Shown here one piece after another: positions 27,919 to 37,266 of a stretch of 64,000 nt of DNA. Position 1 is the stretch's first letter. Every line of letters starts with the position of its first letter. The translations under genes were made by a program, and so were the position numbers. The notes below the pieces were generated by a model that ran no database searches, was not told the DNA's origin, and saw only the letters and a program-made list of their open reading frames with translations. The stretch is taken from the IMG/VR virus record IMGVR_UViG_3300011113_000805, positions 186,001-250,000 of that record. One strand, written 5' to 3'.

Positions 27919-29013
27919 TCACTTCTTCTTGTCGTTGATGGCCTGGGCGGCCTGGATGACGCTCATGATCTGGTCCTTCACCAGACCGTGAAACATCTTG
28001 ATGTTGTTGCTGTTGCCGCTGCTCATGACACCGCTGTGCAGCGCCATCTTGCACTCACCGGTGAGGATGTCGAAGAACTTCTTGAGGTTCCCCGCCTGGG
28101 CCAGGGTCCACTTGTTCTCCTTCGAGTGGTCCTTGATCTTTTCGATGATCGCCATCTTGCGCTCGGTGCTGAGCTCACCGATACGGGCCTCCACCTTGGA
28201 CCACCGGTTGAGGACGTCCTCCGCCGTGATGACGCTGCTGTAGTTCTTGACAAAGTCGACCAGGGCCGCGGAGGCCTCGACACCAACGAACCCCAGGGAG
28301 AGGGGGTAGAGGATGGCAGGAGGATTGCCACCGCATTCGGTGAGCTCGATGGCGGCCGCCTTCAGAGCACGGTCGAGCATCGCCCAGGAGCGCTGGCTGG
28401 GAGCCACCTTGCCGGGCTCCACGGCCTTGGTGGGGCGGAGGTGAGCAGGCTGCAGCCGAATGAAGTCGATCAGCAGTTCATTGATGTCGCCCTCGGTCTT
28501 CGCCCAAACGAGCCAGTCCTCCACCGAGGGCTTGAACTCGACCACCCAGAACCGGCTCAGGAGGGCCGGGTCCATCTCGGAGACGGTGTAGTCACCGCCC
28601 CAGTTCACTGCCGCAACCACCTGGGTGCCCGGGTGCAGGCGCTTGGGCTTGCCGTCGGGACCGGACCCGAGCTCACGATCCAGGACGATCTGGAACATGC
28701 TGTTCAGCACGCCGGGCAGGCCGCGGTTGAGCTCATCGAGGAAGAGGACGCAGGGCTCGTTGCAGGCCCGAACGTACCACGACGGCAGCGCGAAGGAGGC
28801 GACACCGGTTTCCTTCGTACGCTCGAGGTCGGGGTAGCCGACGACATCACCTTCGGACATCGTGGAGGCACGCACGTCGATGAGCTCGAGGCCGCGGCGG
28901 TGGGCGAGCTGGTGAACGAGCTGGGACTTGCCAACACCGTGGTCGCCGCGGATGAGCACAGCCTGTGCGGCCGGGAGTGCATTGAGGCAGGTGACGAGGG
29001 TCTTCGCGTCCAT
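27919..29013 (-). CDS. MoxR-like/AAA_5 ATPase
   Basis: Walker A GDHGVGKS, Walker B LFLDELNR, sensor AAVN, DPALLSRF, SQRSW. Confidence 0.9.
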   Translation of the reverse strand: MDAKTLVTCLNALPAAQAVLIRGDHGVGKSQLVHQLAHRRGLELIDVRASTMSEGDVVGYPDLERTKETGVASFALPSWYVRACNEPCVLFLDELNRGLPGVLNSMFQIVLDRELGSGPDGKPKRLHPGTQVVAAVNWGGDYTVSEMDPALLSRFWVVEFKPSVEDWLVWAKTEGDINELLIDFIRLQPAHLRPTKAVEPGKVAPSQRSWAMLDRALKAAAIELTECGGNPPAILYPLSLGFVGVEASAALVDFVKNYSSVITAEDVLNRWSKVEARIGELSTERKMAIIEKIKDHSKENKWTLAQAGNLKKFFDILTGECKMALHSGVMSSGNSNNIKMFHGLVKDQIMSVIQAAQAINDKKK

Positions 29014-29019
29014 GATGAC

Positions 29020-29090
29020 GTCCTTTTCCTGAGGGTTTGTGGGGTTTCGGAACCATTCCGCCCCAACAAGATGAATATAATCACTTTCGG
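29020..29090. repeat. 71-bp promoter/5'-leader repeat, copy 1 (copy 2 at 30476-30546, partial copy at 30837-30856)
   Basis: One mismatch between copies 1 and 2. Confidence 0.85.
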
Positions 29091-29125
29091 TCAAGTTGAA
29101 CAGGTACCGGAGCACCTTTTTGCAA

Positions 29126-29428
29126 CTATTTTCCGATCAACTTGAAATGCCTGATGTGCAACTCGAGGATCTCGCCCTCGTACATGACCTTCACATACAC
29201 GTTGCGGAGGGCAAGGTTATCGGTGGCCACCATCCCCAGCCCGAAGATCCAGACCGTCGGCCCTTCGACAATGACGCCAATGGCGCCGCGACCCATGTGG
29301 GGAATCGAAACCAACGCGCCGGGAACCCAGGCTTTGTTGGTGATCGTCCGGTTCTGTCCAGGACCCTTCTGGTGAACCACCCGTTTCTTGGGCTGAATGG
29401 GCTTTTCACTCAGTGTGCGACGCTTCAT
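29126..29428 (-). CDS. SH3-like protein
   Basis: PGALV...GVIVEG...VKVMYEGE. Confidence 0.55.
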   Translation of the reverse strand: MKRRTLSEKPIQPKKRVVHQKGPGQNRTITNKAWVPGALVSIPHMGRGAIGVIVEGPTVWIFGLGMVATDNLALRNVYVKVMYEGEILELHIRHFKLIGK

Positions 29429-29619
29429 CAGGGGCTCCTCGAATAGAAACGTATGCGATTTTTCGTCAGAGAGCAGGACATCTTGTGTCCACCGCGCGGA
29501 TATTGTTCAGATGCTCCCTCGCGCCGACCAGGACATCCTGGGCAGTCTTCGTGCTCAGGCCAGTCCTTGCCATCCGCCTGCCGGGTGGCCTTGTTGTCGA
29601 AGTCATCTTCGTCGTTCAT
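29428..29619 (-). CDS. Small Cys/His protein (class A cassette)
   Basis: CPGC...H..SC; follows a class A element. Confidence 0.5.
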   Translation of the reverse strand: MNDEDDFDNKATRQADGKDWPEHEDCPGCPGRREGASEQYPRGGHKMSCSLTKNRIRFYSRSP

Positions 29620-29716
29620 ATTCCTCTCCGCGATGATATCTGTTATTATGGTCGGAGGGTTTTGTACAGGTCCGGGGACACCTTTTTTGAAGGAATTTTC
29701 CCCGGACCTGCACCGG

Positions 29717-30466
29717 TCAGGACTCCTCGGAAGCCGCCACCTCGAAGCCGTGACGGCCCAGGCTCAGCCAGCTGGTCCGACCGGTACCGCCGAAGCGGTT
29801 CTTGGTCACCTCGAACTTGCGATGACCGATGAGGGTCTTGTCCTTCTTCTCCCAGCCGAGGTGGATGTGGCAGTCGATCATGTGCTTCATCTTGTTGCTG
29901 CCGGCGAAGGTGCCGCCCTTCGTCACCTGGCCGATGGTGATGACGTTGGTGAAGTTCTCCTTCGCCCAGGTGGTGAGCTTCTCCAGGGAGCGCTCGGCGG
30001 TCCAGCAGGTGATCCGGCCGGTGTCGAACTTGCCATCATCCAGGCACTGGAGGGAGTCGACCATGAGGAAGAAGGGCTTGCCCTTGTTCTCGGGACGATT
30101 GCGGATGGCGTCCGCCGCCTCGATGAGCTTGTCGACGTGGGTCTCACCGCCGACGAGGAAGTTGGGGTCGATGCCGAGGCGGTCCACGGTGCGCTTCACC
30201 TGGAAGAGGCTCTCCTCCGCCGTGTTGAAGAGGACCACGCTGCCGTTCTCGGTGAGGCCGGAGGCCATCGTCAGGAGGGCCGTGGTCTTGCCGGCGCCGG
30301 GCTCGCCGGTGAACATCGTCACCATCGACGGGGTGAACCCCTCGCCACCGAGGCCCTCATCGATCCACTCGATGCCGGAGAGGTGACGCTTCAGGAGCTC
30401 CATCGGCACGCGAACGTCGTTGATGTTGGTACCAACCGCGAAGGTGTCGGAGAACGAGATACGCAT
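29717..30466 (-). CDS. radA: RadA/Sms-like RecA-family ATPase (ATPase domain only)
   Basis: GEPGAGKTT, AEES..QV, VDSLQ, IGQVTK.G..AG, KNRFG; lacks the Zn finger and the Lon-like domain. Confidence 0.82.
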   Translation of the reverse strand: MRISFSDTFAVGTNINDVRVPMELLKRHLSGIEWIDEGLGGEGFTPSMVTMFTGEPGAGKTTALLTMASGLTENGSVVLFNTAEESLFQVKRTVDRLGIDPNFLVGGETHVDKLIEAADAIRNRPENKGKPFFLMVDSLQCLDDGKFDTGRITCWTAERSLEKLTTWAKENFTNVITIGQVTKGGTFAGSNKMKHMIDCHIHLGWEKKDKTLIGHRKFEVTKNRFGGTGRTSWLSLGRHGFEVAASEES

Positions 30467-30560
30467 GTGTATGATGTCCTTTTCCTGAGGGTTTGTGGGG
30501 TTCCGGAACCATTCCGCCCCAACAAGATGAATATAATCACTTTCGGGTCAGTGGGACAGG

Positions 30561-30605
30561 TCTCCGGAGCACCTTTTTGCACATTTTTGTGCAGTGCTCC
30601 GGAGA
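30561..30605. repeat. Strong hairpin upstream of a promoter (second copy at 30892-30936)
   Basis: tctccggagcac...gtgctccggaga 12-bp stem plus an inner tgcaca/tgtgca stem. Confidence 0.75.
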
Positions 30606-30612
30606 TAGCGTG

Positions 30613-30816
30613 TCACCGCCGGCGCCCGACAGAACCGGCAGAGGCATTGAGAATGGACTCGTACTCCCGATCATCATCGTCCTGGAGCGCTCGAAGCGCG
30701 GAGATAATGCGATCGAGGTCCCCGCTTTCGAGGTGGCCATCAGTCGACAGACTGACATAGCCTTCCTTGTCACGATCGATGTACACAATCACAGAACCAA
30801 TGGGCATGTTCTTCAT
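30613..30816 (-). CDS. Hypothetical protein
   Basis: GGAG RBS, behind a class A promoter. Confidence 0.5.
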   Translation of the reverse strand: MKNMPIGSVIVYIDRDKEGYVSLSTDGHLESGDLDRIISALRALQDDDDREYESILNASAGSVGRRR

Positions 30817-30962
30817 GAGACGCTCCGGCGCAGGGAGGAACCATTCCGCCCCAACATGTACTGTTATTTCGGTGGGTGCACTTTGTACAGGTCTCCGGAG
30901 CACCTTTTTGCACATTTTTGTGCAATGCTCCGGAGATAGCATGTCACCGACGACGCCCTATG

Positions 30963-31223
30963 TTAGTAGAGCTGCTTGACCGTGCCGTCGTCATCGAGCT
31001 TGAGGAGGATCGACATGGTGCCATCCATGCACCAGTCCGATCCGAAGGCGAGACCCCGCCCGACGAGGAGGGCGGTCATGGGATGAACAGCCTCGTCCAG
31101 TTCGAACTTGAAGGTGCTCGCATTGTGGTGCTCCAGCGCGCCGGTCTGGAAGGCTTCGTAGAGGTCGTCATTATGATCGAGGCTGCCGTCGAGGGCGGCG
31201 ATAACGAAGATGTACTTCTGCAT
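30963..31223 (-). CDS. Hypothetical protein
   Basis: GGAG RBS, high-GC codon usage. Confidence 0.6.
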   Translation of the reverse strand: MQKYIFVIAALDGSLDHNDDLYEAFQTGALEHHNASTFKFELDEAVHPMTALLVGRGLAFGSDWCMDGTMSILLKLDDDGTVKQLY

Positions 31224-31318
31224 TGCTGACTCCGTATGTGAGAGGAAACCATCAACCAACATGATCTGTTATTATGGTGTCGGCACTTTGTACAGGCACC
31301 GTGAGCAAATAGTTGAAA

Positions 31319-31837
31319 CTATTTTCCGGACTGGAGATGCTCGACCCACCACTGGGCCTGGGCTTCATATGAAGTGTAATCCCGAGAAACCTGAGAAGTA
31401 GCCATGGCTGCATTTGAAGCCCCGTCACCATACACAGCTGCACGCTGCGCGGCAGCCTGGGCAGTCCAAGTGGCAGTTCGGGCAGCAACAAAAGCAACCA
31501 GTGGCGCAGCATCAGTAATAGCAGGAGCAGCAGCCCAAGCAGCAGCACGAGCAGCCGCTTCCAGCTCCTCAGAAGTGACGCTCTTCTCATCTTCAAGCCA
31601 CCGGTCCACCAAGGACAATGCATGGGCCACCCTCTGATTAGGCTCGCCTTTCAATCGAGCCAGCGTCTCATTGGTGCACCATCGAGCGAAGAGAACTAAG
31701 TCTCGGTGAGTGACGATACCGAGGTGCTCCTGGTCTCGGAAGAGAATACAGTTGAGCCTGATATTTTGGGTAAGCTCAAGCTCCGACAGCGTGTGCTGCT
31801 CGCCGGTGACAGGATCGATCAGGGTGTACCGGGCCAT
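31319..31837 (-). CDS. Imm5-like Ala-repeat cassette protein
   Basis: Family motifs. Confidence 0.8.
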   Translation of the reverse strand: MARYTLIDPVTGEQHTLSELELTQNIRLNCILFRDQEHLGIVTHRDLVLFARWCTNETLARLKGEPNQRVAHALSLVDRWLEDEKSVTSEELEAAARAAAWAAAPAITDAAPLVAFVAARTATWTAQAAAQRAAVYGDGASNAAMATSQVSRDYTSYEAQAQWWVEHLQSGK

Positions 31838-31911
31838 GAGAACTCCGTGATGAGATCTGTTATTATGGTGCCCGCACTTTGTACAGGCTCCGGAGCACCT
31901 TTTTGCAAAAA

Positions 31912-32376
31912 TTATTGAGCCGACCTCAGGTGCTCCACCAGCCATTGGGCTTGGGCTTCGAAGGAAACACCGGCAGAGTTATTAGCAGCCCATGCAGCAG
32001 ACCCAGCAACATCAGCAGCGCCGGCAGCACTAGAAGCAGCCCAAGCAGCCCGCGCAGCAACAGCACCAGGGCAAGCAACATCAGCAGCGGCAGCAGCCTG
32101 TTTCAGCTCCTCACTGGAGGCAGAACCCGGGTCGATCAGCCACTTGTCGACCAGGCCCAGCGCAGTATAGACTTCAGGGGGAACCGTGTGACACTGAGCA
32201 AGAGTCTTCTCAACACACCACCGACAGAAGGAGACAACATCGCGATGTGTGATGACGCCGATGTGTTCATCCCCACGAAGGAGGATATGATTGACCCGCA
32301 TATGATGTGTCAGTTCCGACGCAGCTACCGTCGACGTGCCACCGGTGAATGGATTCAGGAGGGTATACCGGGTCAT
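31912..32376 (-). CDS. Imm5-like Ala-repeat cassette protein
   Basis: Family motifs (more divergent). Confidence 0.8.
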   Translation of the reverse strand: MTRYTLLNPFTGGTSTVAASELTHHMRVNHILLRGDEHIGVITHRDVVSFCRWCVEKTLAQCHTVPPEVYTALGLVDKWLIDPGSASSEELKQAAAAADVACPGAVAARAAWAASSAAGAADVAGSAAWAANNSAGVSFEAQAQWLVEHLRSAQ

Positions 32377-32494
32377 GAGGGCTCCGTGATGAGATCTGTT
32401 ATTACGGTGCCGGCACTTTGCACAGGTCCCTGTGCAACTTTTTTGTGAAAATAGTTGCAGGCCTCCCGTGCGCGCGTAATAGGAGATTGCCGTC

Positions 32495-32860
32495 CTAGGG
32501 CCCTGCCGGCTCATGGACTAGCTGGTCACGACGAATCCACATGTGAATGGGCCGGTCCCACATGAAGAGGCACACCCCGACGCTAGGGCCGGCCCATCCA
32601 CCCAGACTGACGACATAGTTGTCAGCAACAACTACAGGCAGAGACTGTGTTTCAGGATGAAAGACCTCCAGAAGAATGCATGCGATCTGTGACTCCGGAG
32701 CTAGTAAGAGGCCGCCGGCGCCAGCAGAGGTCAGGGGCCCCTTAACGAATATGACATCACCCCTCTTTCTTATCAGCTCTGAATAAAATGATTCCCTCTT
32801 CTGAAGACTCACAGCTCGTCCCTTGCCCTGGACATGATGGGGCCCTTTATTTTGTTCCAT
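32495..32860 (-). CDS. SH3-like hypothetical protein
   Basis: GDVI.VKGPL...CILLE...P..MW. Confidence 0.55.
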   Translation of the reverse strand: MEQNKGPHHVQGKGRAVSLQKRESFYSELIRKRGDVIFVKGPLTSAGAGGLLLAPESQIACILLEVFHPETQSLPVVVADNYVVSLGGWAGPSVGVCLFMWDRPIHMWIRRDQLVHEPAGP

Positions 32861-33173
32861 TTTTGAGCTCCAAAATGTCGCGATGTGTGACCCTAGCTAG
32901 CATCACAGAGCCATCTAATACTATGTTAATGTAAAAGGAGCGTATCCACGCAGAGACACAGCTATTGCTCAAGACATGCACGTCTCCGACGTCTTTGAGA
33001 TCACGATCATTTTGATGGTAAGACACAAGGATGACATGTGTATGCGCATCTCGATGACCAAGCCACTTTCTCTGCTTAACGAGATATAGGGGCCCTACCA
33101 ATGTGATGACATTCCCCAACATTGACGTCAATGTCAGCAAATGTTTGTCTTTGTTATCCGTCCTATCCGTCAT
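32847..33173 (-). CDS. SH3-like hypothetical protein
   Basis: GNVITLVGPLY...IVLDG. Confidence 0.55.
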   Translation of the reverse strand: MTDRTDNKDKHLLTLTSMLGNVITLVGPLYLVKQRKWLGHRDAHTHVILVSYHQNDRDLKDVGDVHVLSNSCVSAWIRSFYINIVLDGSVMLARVTHRDILELKNGTK

Positions 33174-33220
33174 CGAATGCTTCCTATCGACTCTTTATGC
33201 CCCCGTGTGTACGCATGCAC

Positions 33221-33363
33221 ACGGGCCCCCTATGCATAGTGTCACATACACCCGGGCCCCCTGGTCATATGCACGGGCCCCCTGGTCATATGCACGGGCC
33301 CCCTGACTGTACGCGGGCCCCCTAGGGGCACACGGCCCCCTGTATATGCTTGGGCGCCCTAGG
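33221..33363. repeat. Non-coding tandem repeats of about 21 bp (cacgggccccctggtcatatg)
   Basis: Six to seven gggccccct-like cores. Confidence 0.75.
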
Positions 33364-33420
33364 TGCATGTGAAGGTCAAAGAAGATGCATGGGGGCCCGG
33401 AAATAATCATCTTGCAAGGG

Positions 33421-33720
33421 TTAATCAAAGAATATGACGCTGCTAGCGTATACCTCAGCTGAATGAATCTTTCCGTCATGCATGAACTGGATTATGCATG
33501 CCTCTTCTGAGGACTTATCGATCGACAAGATGAAATCAATCGGTGAGCACTCATGGGCATGCTTAGCAACACCGGTGAGGACGCATGTAAAATCCGGTAT
33601 ACATTTCAAAGTATGCCAACTCACCAACTCACGAAGTGTGATCACGTTTCCAATATTCTCTCGGAGACGATCAGCAAATGGGCCGTCAAATTGAATATTC
33701 GGTACCGGGAATTTCGACAT
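33421..33720 (-). CDS. SH3-like hypothetical protein
   Basis: GNVITL...CVLTGV...FMHDG. Confidence 0.55.
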   Translation of the reverse strand: MSKFPVPNIQFDGPFADRLRENIGNVITLRELVSWHTLKCIPDFTCVLTGVAKHAHECSPIDFILSIDKSSEEACIIQFMHDGKIHSAEVYASSVIFFD

Positions 33721-33729
33721 ATGCCTTGC

Positions 33730-34050
33730 TCACAGGGGGCTCAGGTTACCGGATGATGTATAGAATCTGTATAGCCTATCACGCAAGAAGCCAATCAGCA
33801 TAATATAGCGATCGCGTAGGTTTGCGTAAGAATTCTTAGTGTACAACAGGGGAATATGACGCTCCTCTTCACTGCTGCATAGGGGAGATATTCCAACCAC
33901 GTGGGTGGAATTTCCACCCACACCTACGACAAGAATGATGTGCTGCTCTTCATTTGTGAATTCTTCAAAATTGGCAATGCTAGGCCTGTCGGCACAAAGA
34001 CCACCGGTGTGCACAACCATGTCTCCAACCTTGATGTCATATGCATGCAT
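33730..34050 (-). CDS. SH3/KOW-like hypothetical protein
   Basis: IKVGDMV. Confidence 0.55.
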   Translation of the reverse strand: MHAYDIKVGDMVVHTGGLCADRPSIANFEEFTNEEQHIILVVGVGGNSTHVVGISPLCSSEEERHIPLLYTKNSYANLRDRYIMLIGFLRDRLYRFYTSSGNLSPL

Positions 34051-34073
34051 GTGTGGATTAGACCTCTAGAGCG

Positions 34074-34544
34074 TTATGCGATATTTTCAGCACTTTCGAT
34101 GTACGACTCGCGAGTGAAGATGCGATAGACACCAGACCCAATAAGCGCAGTCACAATGATCTCCCGGTCGGCTGGTTCATAAGGCTCATATGAGTCATAG
34201 GAATCGTCACTGTATGAATTCGTGCTTGAGACGAGTGAGTCATCGATAATGTAGGTAAAGGCGTCATAACATTCATTGATGTCGGTATGTTTAACAGCAT
34301 CCAAGATGACAATGAGATGAGGGCTGAAATCCTCGGTGTCGACGATTGGGATGTTCCGGCGAGGGTTTCTAGTGCCAGGCTCAAGCCAGAGAAGGGCGCC
34401 CTTAAGGAAGAAAAGGCCACCGGGGTTCTGTTTAATGGCTTCAAGCATCATTTGGGTATCGCATCCTTTAAAGGATCTATCCAGAGCGGGGGTCGAAGTC
34501 AATGATTTTTCTATCCCGCCGAGTAGGTTATCATCAGTGATCAC
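34074..34544 (-). CDS. SH3-like hypothetical protein
   Basis: GGLFFLKGALLW...VILD; start uncertain. Confidence 0.55.
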   Translation of the reverse strand: MITDDNLLGGIEKSLTSTPALDRSFKGCDTQMMLEAIKQNPGGLFFLKGALLWLEPGTRNPRRNIPIVDTEDFSPHLIVILDAVKHTDINECYDAFTYIIDDSLVSSTNSYSDDSYDSYEPYEPADREIIVTALIGSGVYRIFTRESYIESAENIA

Positions 34545-34705
34545 TGTGTCACATTGTGCCGGATCGAATGAAAGTATCTATCCAGAGCGGGGGTCGGAGT
34601 CAATGATTTTTCTATCCCGGGGGCCCTAGGATTCTGGTGGATCGCTGTGTCACATTGTGCCGGATCGAATGAAAGTATCTATCCGGAGCGGGGGTCGGAG
34701 TCAAT
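34475..34705. repeat. Tandem duplication with a 101-bp period
   Basis: atctatcc(a/g)gagcgggggtcg(a/g)agtcaat at 34475, 34576 and 34677. Confidence 0.8.
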
Positions 34706-35051
34706 CATCCTCTGAAGGGAGCTCCCGGATATCATTGGCATCGATAAGAAGGTATCGGGGCGCGCCATCAACCATTACCCATGCTTTAATTCCTGGCATG
34801 GGAGTACTCCCGGGTGGCATGCCCATTGCTGATGTGAATGTTTCTCCATGGGCCTGAGATCTCAATGGTGGATGATTCTGTCTTTCAGGTGTATCTTCAC
34901 CTAGCCATATGGCATACCGGCTCACAGTATCATCAAATCCGCCATTGGGCCAGAACCAGAAGATCTGACCTCGAATCTCGAAAACGTCACCGGTCTTAAG
35001 ATTTGCAAGGGGGCTCGGGCTCTTGTTCTTGTGCATGATCTTATCGGCCAT
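34701..35051 (-). CDS. SH3-like protein related to the W..RGWD subfamily
   Basis: GDVFEI.GQIFW....GFD...VMVDGAPRY. Confidence 0.6.
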   Translation of the reverse strand: MADKIMHKNKSPSPLANLKTGDVFEIRGQIFWFWPNGGFDDTVSRYAIWLGEDTPERQNHPPLRSQAHGETFTSAMGMPPGSTPMPGIKAWVMVDGAPRYLLIDANDIRELPSEDD

Positions 35052-35085
35052 TGTTCATCCTTGCACATCATTGAACATTTTTAGC

Positions 35086-35265
35086 GTTCCCTATAGCTAT
35101 CCACAACCACCTTGTCAATTTGTCAGTTGTGTAATATCAAATTACACATTTGCTTTTAATACTGACATAATTTCGGACGTTGACAGAGTGCCAAAATAGG
35201 CGGTTCCCTATAGCTATCCACAACCACCTTGCTGGTTTGTCAGTTGTGTAATATCAAATTACACA
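35086..35265. repeat. 63-bp direct repeat, two copies
   Basis: 35086-35148 and 35203-35265, differing at 4 nt. Confidence 0.8.
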
Positions 35266-35501
35266 GTTCCTGGAGAAACCCATGCACTTGGAAGATTCGT
35301 GATGATGAGCTCGGCATGAACCGGGATAACAGGCTCGAGCCATGAGATATCACGAACCTCACCGGAGGCGAGATCGAGCACTTCGAGATTATTGATCTTC
35401 ATGCAAACGGCGCCTCCGAAGTCAGGCACCAGGAAAATGTCACCGATGACGAAGTCCTCGAACTTGTGGGTGTTGAAAACGGTACGATTTGTGATCTTCA
35501 T
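35259..35501 (-). CDS. Small hypothetical protein (paralogue of 51682)
   Basis: F.D..IGDIF....MK.....L.SG. Confidence 0.6.
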   Translation of the reverse strand: MKITNRTVFNTHKFEDFVIGDIFLVPDFGGAVCMKINNLEVLDLASGEVRDISWLEPVIPVHAELIITNLPSAWVSPGTV

Positions 35502-36041
35502 GGGTCATTTCCTCCATTGTTGTCTGTAATATAATCACTCTGTGACAGGATGAACAGGTGACGGGAGCACTTTTGTGAAAGATTTTTAGGGGGCCCTAGG
35601 GGACTTGGGCGCCCGCCAACTATAGTCAACTTCCGCCAACTTTATTCTCACACACGCCGCGGCAAAATGTTCAAAAAGAAACCCCTAAATCTCCCATCCC
35701 ATGGGAAAAATGTTTCACCTGATTCAACCAGTACCCATTTAAAAGTTCTCCGGAGAGACATGGTGGAATGCCGCCTGGACCCCGGGCATGCCCACAGAAT
35801 GAGCGGCCCTATGCCTAAAGAGAGTCTCCTGAAGCCTCGTCACATGTACAAAGATACATGCAAGTGGCAAGAAAATGTGTCACAGGAGTCAACTAATGAC
35901 GAGACATAGCAAGAATTTGCATGGCCAGGAAGGGTCTTTCCCGGGGGCCCTAGGGTCTTCCTCGGGGGCCCTATGCGCTGCCGGCGCCGGTGACAGGGTT
36001 CCTTTAAAGGGTGGAATCTATTGGGACAGATGGAGTCTTAT

Positions 36042-36437
36042 TTAATCCACTCCAGTCCTGATGTATTTTCCGACAAACTCTTTTAAAGCTTCTTCCATTT
36101 CATCTTCATTAATGATATCATCCCATGGGACACCATCAGGACCAAGATAGCCATAGCGACTAGTGAATTCTTCTTCGCCCAGGTTTTGATTGATCAAGAC
36201 TGAAGAGTGAGCACGGTTAATCACAATCTTAAGGCTATTAATTAGTTCTGCTGTAATCATAGACGGCCAATTAGATCGCACAATCTCATGGATTTCTGAA
36301 AGTGCATCAAAACCAAAGTAATGAAGAATCGCCAGATGGCCTACACCAATATTTTCGATTAGATTGGTCGTCTCTCCGTCTTCGTATATCGAAAAATAAA
36401 CATTGCTTGTCACAGACACTTTGCCTCGCTTTTCCAA
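36042..36437 (-). CDS. Hypothetical protein
   Basis: ORF on the coding strand; start uncertain. Confidence 0.55.
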   Translation of the reverse strand: MEKRGKVSVTSNVYFSIYEDGETTNLIENIGVGHLAILHYFGFDALSEIHEIVRSNWPSMITAELINSLKIVINRAHSSVLINQNLGEEEFTSRYGYLGPDGVPWDDIINEDEMEEALKEFVGKYIRTGVD

Positions 36438-36707
36438 GCAGCATATTCTTCTTCATTCAGATAAATAGAGCTTTCTTCTTCTAGCATAAGACTCTTTATA
36501 AAGTCTGGCACTTCTGCATAAGTCCAGTTTTGTGCTTCGATTCTGCTCTGGAGCGGTGCATTTTCTAAGAAATAATGGAGTCTTGAGGAGTGGCTGAGAC
36601 ATTCAATGCATTCTTCATTTAGTTTTGCGCCACACTCATTGCAAGGACAAAAGCATTGACTGGATTATTCAGCATCAATCCTGCTCCGGAGAGTACATTT
36701 TGCATCT

Positions 36708-37193
36708 TTATTGACCGGACTGGAGGTGTTCAACCAGCCACTGAGCTTGGGCTTCATATGAAACAGCCCAAGTAGCACGAGCAGCCCAAGTAGCATGAAC
36801 AGTAGCCCGAGCAACATCAGAAGCAGCCCAAGCAGCCCGAGCAGCAGCCCAAGCAGTAGCCCGAGCAGCAGCCCGAGCAGTAGCCCCAGCATCCCAAGCA
36901 TCAAAAGCAGCAGCTACCAGCTCCTCAGAAGTGATGCTCTTCTCATTCTCCAGCCACCGGTCCACCAAGGACAGGGCATGTGTCACAGTGTGATCCGGTT
37001 CACATTTCAGTCGAGCCAAAATCTTACCAGCGCACCACCGAGTGAAGATGACTAGGTCCCGGTGGGTGATGATTCCCAAATGCTCCCGGCCTTGAAGAAG
37101 AACGCAATTGAGCTGAAGGTTTTGGGTGAGCTCTGCCTCAAACAGAGTCGTCTGCCGGCCGGTGACCGGATCAATCAATGTGTATTGGGCCAC
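36708..37193 (-). CDS. Imm5-like Ala-repeat cassette protein
   Basis: Family motifs. Confidence 0.8.
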   Translation of the reverse strand: MAQYTLIDPVTGRQTTLFEAELTQNLQLNCVLLQGREHLGIITHRDLVIFTRWCAGKILARLKCEPDHTVTHALSLVDRWLENEKSITSEELVAAAFDAWDAGATARAAARATAWAAARAAWAASDVARATVHATWAARATWAVSYEAQAQWLVEHLQSGQ

Positions 37194-37266
37194 GTCAAAT
37201 CTCCGTGATGAGATCTGTTATTTCAGCACCGGCACTTTGTACAAGCGCCGAGAGAAAATAGCTGAA

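Noticed and set aside
21897-30760. Long plus-strand ORFs (21897-23114, 27901-29145, 29453-30760; also 2109-3026)
   Set aside because: Antisense shadows of high-GC3 genes that have clear motifs on the minus strand.
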